From Monocercomonoides exilis PA203 (lineage: Eukaryota > Protista > Preaxostyla), in assembly GCA_001643675.2 (NCBI GenBank), contig LSRY02000002.1, positions 1,426,001 to 1,490,000 of the forward strand: 64,000 nucleotides of DNA, written 5' to 3'. Positions within the stretch are counted from its first letter, which is position 1. Each line of letters begins with the position of its first letter. The notes beneath the pieces are model-generated. The model was not told where the DNA came from, did no database searches, and was given only the letters and a program-made list of their open reading frames with translations. This document shows, one piece after another, positions 57,094 through 64,000 of this stretch. The translations under genes were made by a program, and so were the position numbers.

Positions 57094-59547
57094 TCACGTC
57101 TTCATCCATTCTGGAGGCTCTGTTTTGACATTTGCAATCCAGTGCATTGCCATTGTTTTCCCATTTTTATCCTTAAGTGTTTTTTCATGTAACATACACA
57201 TTGGTGGTTCCGTTTTAACAATTCTTATCCAGTGCATGGCCATTGTCCGCCCATTACTATCAGCAAGTGTAACATCATGTCTCATCCATTCTGGAGGAAC
57301 AGTTCTCACACAAATGATCCAATACATAGCCATTGTCCAACCATCGCAATCTTTAAGAAGGATATCATGATTAATCAGTTCAGGTGGTTCTGTTTTGACA
57401 TTTGTAATCCATAACATGGCCATTGTATTTCCATTCTTATTTCCAAGCATAGGGTAATGAACCATCCATTCTGGTGGTATTGTTTTGACTTCTCGTATCC
57501 ATAGCATAGCCATAGTATTTCCATCCTTATCTTTATATGTTATGTCATGTCTCATCCATTCTGGAGGTTCTGTTTTAACATTTGAAATCCAGTGCATTGC
57601 CATTGTTTTCCCGTTCTTATCCCCTAACGTCAAACTTTGTCGCAATGTTACAGGAGGTTCTGTTTTCAAGCAAATAATCCATATCATGGCCATTGTTATC
57701 CCATCATTGTCTCCAAGCGCAATATCATGCATCATCCATAAAGGAGGCTCTGTCTTAACATGTTCAATCCACAGCATAGCCATTGTTCGCCCACCCTTAT
57801 CTTTTCGTATTTTTTGATGTCTCATCCATTCTGGTGGTTCTGTCTTGACATGTTCAATCCACCACATGGCCATCGTCCTCCCATTTTTATCAGCAAATGT
57901 AATATCATGCATCATACATATAGGAGGCTCTGCTTTAGCATATCTTATCCACAACATAGCCATTGTAATTGTACCATCATCAGTGACAATACTCCCAAAT
58001 TTCATCCATTTTGGTGGCTCTGTTTTAACATTTTCGATCCAATGCATTGAAATTGTCATTCCAGTATTATCGCAAAGGGAAACACTATGCCTCATCCACT
58101 CAGGCGGCTCCGTTTTCACATTTTTGATCCATAACATGGCCATCGAATGTCCAGCACTATCAGCAAGAGAAATGTCGTGTCTCATCCAATCAGGTGGATT
58201 TGTCTTGACATTTGTAATCCAGTGCATTGCCATAGTCTTTCCATTTTTGTTGCCAAGTGTGTTGTCATGCCTCATCCATTCTGGAGGTTCTGTCTTTATA
58301 TTAGTGATCCATATCATAGCCATTGTATCATTATTATTATCACCAAGCGCGATGTCATGTTTCATCCACTCCGGTAGTTCTGTTTTAATATGCTCAATCC
58401 AATGCATTGCCATTGTCCGGCCATCCTTATCTTTACGAATATTGTTATGCCTCATCCATTCGGGCGGTTCTGTTTTGACTCTTGAAATCCAATTCATTGC
58501 CATTGTTTCTCCATCTTTATCAACTAGTGAAATGTTATGCTTCATCCATTCAGGTGGATCCGAATGATTCACCTCGATCCAGTGCATGGCCATTGTCCAA
58601 CCTTTTTTATCAACAAGTGCACTGTCATGTCTCATCCATGCAGGCGGTTCTGTTCTCACTTTTTGTACCCACAACATGGCCATCGTATTCCCATAATTAT
58701 TGAAAAGTTCTTTGTCATGGCTCATCCATTTTAAAGGATTAGTTTTAACAAATAAAATCCAGTTCATGGCCATAGTATTTCCATCTTTATCTTTAAGCGT
58801 TATTTCATTCCTCATCCATTCTGGTGGTTCTGTTTTGATTTCTTGAATCCATAGCATAGCCATTGTTTTCCCTTCCTTATCTTTTACTGTGTTTTCATGT
58901 CTCATACATCTTGGTGGTTCTGTCTTTACAAATTGTATCCACTTCATGGCCATCGTCCTTTCATCCTTGTTGAAAAGTATTTTACCATGCATAATCTTTT
59001 CTGGTGGCATCGTTTTTACTTCTTGTATCCATAGCAAGGCCATGGTATTTCCATCATTATCCTTAAATGTAACGTTATTCAACATCCATTTAGGAGGCTC
59101 TGCTTTCACATTTTTGATCCAATACATTGCCATTGTCTGTCCATTATTATCAGTAAGTGTGATATAGTGTCTCATCCATACCGGTGGCTCTGTCTTGACT
59201 TCTTGTATCCACAGCATAGCCATTGTGAGTCCAGCATTATCTTTAAGATAATTTCCATGTCTCATCCATTCTGGAGGTTCTGTCTTGACATTTTCGATCC
59301 AGTGCATTGCCATTGTCCATCCATTAATGTCTTTTAGTGTATTGTTATGCCTCATCCATTTTGGGGGTTCTATTTTTATATACCTTATCCAAAATATGGC
59401 TATTGTCCATCCACTTTTATTGCGAAGTTCTATATCATCCCGCAAATCGAGTGGAGGTTCAGTTTTCTCTTTCATGATCCAATCCATTGCCCTTGTATTC
59501 TCATTTTCATCACTCTTCAGATTCATAGAATTCTCTGTATTTCCCAT
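57094..59547 (-). CDS. Intronless 817-aa tandem-repeat protein: 26 x 30-aa ankyrin-like repeats plus one degenerate N-terminal unit
   Basis: 34 + 26x30 + 3 = 817 aa; consensus MRHxxxLxDxxGxTMAMxWIxxVKTEPPxW; 90-bp DNA period; no indels. Confidence 0.9.
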   Translation of the reverse strand: MGNTENSMNLKSDENENTRAMDWIMKEKTEPPLDLRDDIELRNKSGWTIAIFWIRYIKIEPPKWMRHNNTLKDINGWTMAMHWIENVKTEPPEWMRHGNYLKDNAGLTMAMLWIQEVKTEPPVWMRHYITLTDNNGQTMAMYWIKNVKAEPPKWMLNNVTFKDNDGNTMALLWIQEVKTMPPEKIMHGKILFNKDERTMAMKWIQFVKTEPPRCMRHENTVKDKEGKTMAMLWIQEIKTEPPEWMRNEITLKDKDGNTMAMNWILFVKTNPLKWMSHDKELFNNYGNTMAMLWVQKVRTEPPAWMRHDSALVDKKGWTMAMHWIEVNHSDPPEWMKHNISLVDKDGETMAMNWISRVKTEPPEWMRHNNIRKDKDGRTMAMHWIEHIKTELPEWMKHDIALGDNNNDTMAMIWITNIKTEPPEWMRHDNTLGNKNGKTMAMHWITNVKTNPPDWMRHDISLADSAGHSMAMLWIKNVKTEPPEWMRHSVSLCDNTGMTISMHWIENVKTEPPKWMKFGSIVTDDGTITMAMLWIRYAKAEPPICMMHDITFADKNGRTMAMWWIEHVKTEPPEWMRHQKIRKDKGGRTMAMLWIEHVKTEPPLWMMHDIALGDNDGITMAMIWIICLKTEPPVTLRQSLTLGDKNGKTMAMHWISNVKTEPPEWMRHDITYKDKDGNTMAMLWIREVKTIPPEWMVHYPMLGNKNGNTMAMLWITNVKTEPPELINHDILLKDCDGWTMAMYWIICVRTVPPEWMRHDVTLADSNGRTMAMHWIRIVKTEPPMCMLHEKTLKDKNGKTMAMHWIANVKTEPPEWMKT

Positions 59548-60054
59548 CTATATTGATAAATATCAAATTCTTATAACGGTTGATTGATGTTCAAAGCGTT
59601 TTAAGAAATGAAATAGTTTGATCAAAAAATATCGTACTATGGGCCGATTATTAATTAAATGGAATAATTATTAATATAAAAAATAATGATTAAACAAAAG
59701 TTGCGTATTTGTTTGCATGGAAGCCAAAAGAAAAAAACATCTGTATCTGACATGAATCTGGAAAAATTTTTGCATTGATGAAAAATACTTAGATTTGTTC
59801 CGAACTTTTTCTAAAATTTTTAAAATAATAAGTCAAAAATTACAATGCACAAAAAACATTGAAAAATTAAAGAATTGAGAAAATTCTTTGAAAACGCTGT
59901 ATGGAACGAAATTCTTGAAACAATAAATTTCGTCACATTTTTAAAAATATTAAACAAAATTTCGTTGAAAAAAAAAGATTTGAAAACATTCAATCGGAAG
60001 AAAATGAAATAAAAATCCTTTTATATAGTTCAAAAAAAACTGTTTTTGATATTA

Positions 60055-60243
60055 AAAAGAAAATGAGAACCAACCTTTTTGCATAGGAGAAATTGGACAA
60101 TAATAAACTCGCTCACAGAAACAATATTTTAAAAATTTGTGAACAATGCAAAGTGACTCATGAAGTTGCAGAAAAGGCAATATTTTTGAAGAAAAATTTC
60201 AAAAAATTTTCTTCGTTTCAAAAAGCACACTCTATTTTGATCA
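60055..60243 (+). repeat. Dispersed ~185-bp repeat, copy 2
   Basis: Colinear, same orientation as 29112-29297. Confidence 0.9.
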
Positions 60244-60544
60244 TGTCTAACACAATTGACAAAAAATCTTTTGAAAAATTCTAACTTTAACAAATAAAAG
60301 CAAATTAATTTCACATTGAAGCAAAGTATCACAAATAATTGATTCTATGCTTATTTAAGAGCTTATTTTTTGCTCGGAAACAACAAATTTTGTGAAATTA
60401 AAAACAAAATTCAATAAAAAGTTCCAAAAATAAAGTAATATAAAACTAAAAAAAGTGATAAAGTTCAGACAATTATTCAAACGAGATAATTGAATGATTC
60501 TGTTTTTCAAGATAAAAAAAAAAAAAGAAAAGAAAAATGGTGAT

Positions 60545-63500
60545 TTATTCATTGTAATTTATCGAAAGAGTTGGAGAAGACCATATGTCAACAAGAAGAT
60601 CAAGAGGTAATGGGATCCCTTCTGACTCTCTTTCAAATTGAGATAGCAAGTATTCTTTTTGTTCTGAAGGGAATACTCCAAAATTACTCTTTTCTCTTAT
60701 TATCAACATCTCTTGATCGCTTGACAAATCAATTTTTGTGAGAACATCTTTTTGCTGCATTTCGGAATTACTTTGACAACAAATTGAATTAATTTTCGAA
60801 ACAAATGCTTTTGAAGGAGTGTATTCCTCAAGCACTGAAGCAGTTTTCTCCATTCCAGTCTTCAATCCTCCTGCAACAGCTTTCACACCAGCCTTTAAAC
60901 CTTTATTCACATATTGAAAATATGATCTAAAGTTAGATTTTATAGTTGAAGTTGATTCGCTTCCAGTTAATTTATTGTATTGTTCAATCATTTCCTCTTC
61001 CGTTCCATCATCTCCTCCTTGATTCTGTACCAAAACATCAAATTCTTCTTCCTCTTCTTCCTCTTCCTCTTCCTCTTCTTCATTTTCTCTCGTTATCTCA
61101 TCGACATTTCTTGATTCTTTCGCTTCTAACAATTTAATTTCGCTTCTTTCTTTGCTATTAGATGTTTTTTGCTCTTTCTTTCCTTCAAGCCATCCAAACA
61201 AAGATGATCCTCCTTGAAACAGTGGCTGCAAGAGACGGCCAAATACTTCTAAAGACAGTTTCCCCAAATTCACAGATCCATCTTTTAAGGCATCTAAATA
61301 CTCTCCTTTCTTCAAACGATTTTGAACAGACGATTTGACAGCAGCTGAGCGGGATGCAATTGCTGCTATGCCTCTAAGGAAAGGAACCCCTTCAGCTGCA
61401 GGTAAGACATTCAACATCAGAAATTGTTTCATGTTATTTCCGCTGAACACACTAATAAATCCAGATGGAAGAGAGCCGTCAACAAAAAGAGATGTTGTTT
61501 CAGGTATCACCACACGAGAACAGTTTAATGTAGGCAAAATTGCCATCACAATTTTTGGTATGTCTCTATTTATTAAGGAAGTCAAAAAAGAGGGATGTGC
61601 TTTGCCATCTGCATTTGTGGCAGACGAAGATAGTTTCCCATCTGTTGGAGTCTCATTAGATAAATCATTCCCAGTATCATTCGCATTGATTTTATCAGGT
61701 CTGTATGAAAAAAACAAAGTTGCTTGATCGATGTGAAACGAAATTAAATAACCTGGTGGGGATGTTCCTTGCTTTTCATTTCCGATATTGGACGCAGCTT
61801 TCATTTTTGCGGCTGATATAAAAGAAGGATATGAATATATAAGGCTTTCATCATATTTAATTGAAGAAATATCTTCATTTAATCCATCCACGTTCGTTTT
61901 ATCATTTGCATATGCTTCTGTGATACGACTAAAGCCTGAACTTGAGAAAGGTTCGGTCAACAGCTTTTGCATGTGCGTTTTCGCTTCTTTTGAAGAATCA
62001 ATAGGATGCTGAATTTGTATTTGTTTGTCTTCCTTTTCTTTCTCTTTGCTACTCTTTATTTTTTTAGCTTTTGCATTTGTATTTATTTCTTCAGTTTCTT
62101 TTTCGATAAAATTCTTTAACAAAGTGCCAAATAGTATCAAATTATACACAGTTTTCTCATTTAAATTGACAGCCAAAGGCGATGGAAGATGGATATTTGC
62201 GTAGTTTACGCTCAGAGGTTCTGCAGAATCGCCAATCATTGAATGAGTTTCAATATGGAAAGAAGTGAGCGTTTCGTAAGAAGCCGTGGATGGCATTGCC
62301 CGGGAGACAGCTTCCACAAAACTTACTGAACTTCCAGACAAAGATCCTTGGCTTTTTAAAAATCGAGCATTTGGCTCTTGCATCGTTGAAGTTTGAGATT
62401 TGTTTTTATCAAAAGTTAAAGATGAGTTCAACGAAGAAGGAGCCTTTGTTTTCGCCTGACTTTCTTTTGTCAAAGCAGCTTGATTCTGAGAAGCATATGC
62501 ATTGTGCACAGCAAATCGAGGAGGCGAATGAAGCATTCCGTCCTTAAATAAATTGCTATCTTGACCTGGAAATGGATGCACAGACGAGCGAGGAAGGCAG
62601 AAATCACTCATACATCTGGGTATATACAAGGGATGTGGATACAATGTATGGTGTTCAGGTTCTTCTTGAGGATGCTGTTCCGATTGATCAAGAGACTTAG
62701 CTGGATAAGTGCTGATTGGAGTTGGTTGAACAATCAGTTTGTGGATTTCATCCTTTCTTTTTCCAACAATCTTTGTCATTTCTTCATTTTCTATCACAGA
62801 AAGAGGAATTGAGGTCACTATCAACGAATATGGATCATTTGAACGCAAGCCATCATTTTCGGTTAAACTTCTTGAAATTTTGTTAAAATCGCGAACCACA
62901 AACCCACCAAGAACTAAATCCACAACAGATTTTGGATAAGAATTCATTAGATTTGCTTCATCATCATGCGAAAGACGTAATAAAGAATCTGTAGACGATC
63001 GAATATTTTGCTTCATCTCAGCAAAAGATCCGTTCAGATTGCAAAGGCAATTCGGTTGCCTAAACGCATCTACATGAATTGATGCATCATTCAATATCAA
63101 TTCAACATAATCATTTGAATAAACTGGCGAAGGATTTGAAGAAATTGAGGATCCTTCTGAATTCATAGTCGCTGCATAAGAAGGTAACAAAACATCAGCC
63201 ACAACCTTTCCAATTTCAATGTGAAGAGAAAGAAGGATAGGCGGACGTGGGGCTCCAGAAGGAAGAAGGGTGCCTGTTGGAGGAGGTGGAGGATGAGCAT
63301 TATTAGTGTATGTTTGCTGATAATGGAGATTGGTTAGTTCATGTGATCTGGTAGGAGTAAGTGGTGAAGATAACACTGATGATGATGATAAAGCAGAAGA
63401 ACTCGAAGATAAAGGCTGTGAAACAACTTCTTTTGAAAGAGGCTTTAAAGACGATGGGTGAAATTCACTCTTTTCAGCTGTCTCAACAATGCTTCCGATT

Positions 63501-64000
63501 GTTTGAGGCTCTGAAAGATTAGGACATTCACCATCTAAAGCAATTGTGTTATCTGTGGACTGTAAAGAGATTTCTGTTGAATTTGAGCCTTCCGGAAATG
63601 CAAATTCAGATATATGAGTAAAAGAACTATCCAACTCTTGATCAGAAAGAGGTGACAAAACAGTTGGAGACGAATCTGAAATATCTTCATTTTGAGAATA
63701 TGATGACAGAGAAGTGCTGCTAACATTGGCTTCGTCACTTGCAATGCCCGTAAGTTGATTGCTCATTGCATCCATAAGGCTGGACCTAGTTTCATTTGTT
63801 ATATTCGCGCCAGAGAGCTTAGAATCCGCTTTTCTGTATATGGTTGTTAGACAAGGAACATTTCTTCCTGACAGGTGCAACGGAACTTCCTCTCTATTAT
63901 TTCGGCTATTTGATTGCGCACCCTCTTGCTTGGCTACAGAATCCTCCTTGTTGTGTTGCTTGAACAATTGTTTAAAGTGACACTTCCCAACGAACTCCTT
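60545..64000 (-). CDS. 3' part of an ATG2/VPS13-like (bridge-like lipid transfer) protein; frame is open to the window edge
   Basis: VVDLVLGGFVVRDF, PSPLAVNLNEKTVYNLILF and ISFHIDQATLFFSYRPDKIN, followed by amphipathic helices (GVPFLRGIAAIA..LDALKDGSVNLG..LFQG; NKGLKAGVKAVAGGLKTG), in the order recalled for the ATG2 C-terminus. Confidence 0.55.
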   Translation of the reverse strand, partial: KEFVGKCHFKQLFKQHNKEDSVAKQEGAQSNSRNNREEVPLHLSGRNVPCLTTIYRKADSKLSGANITNETRSSLMDAMSNQLTGIASDEANVSSTSLSSYSQNEDISDSSPTVLSPLSDQELDSSFTHISEFAFPEGSNSTEISLQSTDNTIALDGECPNLSEPQTIGSIVETAEKSEFHPSSLKPLSKEVVSQPLSSSSSALSSSSVLSSPLTPTRSHELTNLHYQQTYTNNAHPPPPPTGTLLPSGAPRPPILLSLHIEIGKVVADVLLPSYAATMNSEGSSISSNPSPVYSNDYVELILNDASIHVDAFRQPNCLCNLNGSFAEMKQNIRSSTDSLLRLSHDDEANLMNSYPKSVVDLVLGGFVVRDFNKISRSLTENDGLRSNDPYSLIVTSIPLSVIENEEMTKIVGKRKDEIHKLIVQPTPISTYPAKSLDQSEQHPQEEPEHHTLYPHPLYIPRCMSDFCLPRSSVHPFPGQDSNLFKDGMLHSPPRFAVHNAYASQNQAALTKESQAKTKAPSSLNSSLTFDKNKSQTSTMQEPNARFLKSQGSLSGSSVSFVEAVSRAMPSTASYETLTSFHIETHSMIGDSAEPLSVNYANIHLPSPLAVNLNEKTVYNLILFGTLLKNFIEKETEEINTNAKAKKIKSSKEKEKEDKQIQIQHPIDSSKEAKTHMQKLLTEPFSSSGFSRITEAYANDKTNVDGLNEDISSIKYDESLIYSYPSFISAAKMKAASNIGNEKQGTSPPGYLISFHIDQATLFFSYRPDKINANDTGNDLSNETPTDGKLSSSATNADGKAHPSFLTSLINRDIPKIVMAILPTLNCSRVVIPETTSLFVDGSLPSGFISVFSGNNMKQFLMLNVLPAAEGVPFLRGIAAIASRSAAVKSSVQNRLKKGEYLDALKDGSVNLGKLSLEVFGRLLQPLFQGGSSLFGWLEGKKEQKTSNSKERSEIKLLEAKESRNVDEITRENEEEEEEEEEEEEEFDVLVQNQGGDDGTEEEMIEQYNKLTGSESTSTIKSNFRSYFQYVNKGLKAGVKAVAGGLKTGMEKTASVLEEYTPSKAFVSKINSICCQSNSEMQQKDVLTKIDLSSDQEMLIIREKSNFGVFPSEQKEYLLSQFERESEGIPLPLDLLVDIWSSPTLSINYNE

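Noticed and set aside
57094-59547. Repeat protein as a true TALE or PPR
   Set aside because: Unit is 30 aa, not 34 or 35, and lacks their consensus; DxxGxT points to ankyrin ancestry

Overview
AT-rich, intron-bearing eukaryotic DNA using the standard code (bona fide genes end in TAA, TAG and TGA). Gene content suggests an anaerobic metamonad, most likely a Monocercomonoides-like oxymonad; this is inference from the catabolic-type OTC, the loop-less cathepsin B and the expanded beta-helix membrane receptors. By hand-splicing GT-AG introns I recover several genes the ORF track fragments or misses: a saposin-like peptide, a 10-exon TMEM94-like P-type-ATPase-related protein, a TOM1/GPR137-like membrane protein, OTC, a CCDC81-like twin-HU protein, a CGHC thioredoxin, a propeller-ubiquitin-CaaX protein and an ICMT/PEMT-like methyltransferase. 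The window ends in the 3' part of an ATG2/VPS13-like gene. Two accessory islands interrupt this backbone. The first (~14.4-29.3 kb) holds a candidate structured RNA, decayed gene relics and a disrupted 9-kb receptor-pseudokinase. The second (~54.5-60.3 kb) holds a foldback with 378-bp identical arms, a TIR element with an internal hairpin, a 16-bp minisatellite and an intronless gene of 26 indel-free 30-aa ankyrin-like repeats whose variation falls largely at DARPin-type binding positions. Both islands end in the same ~185-bp dispersed repeat. The repeat gene and its island are the best candidate for an undescribed system. Family calls come from motif recall, not database searches.
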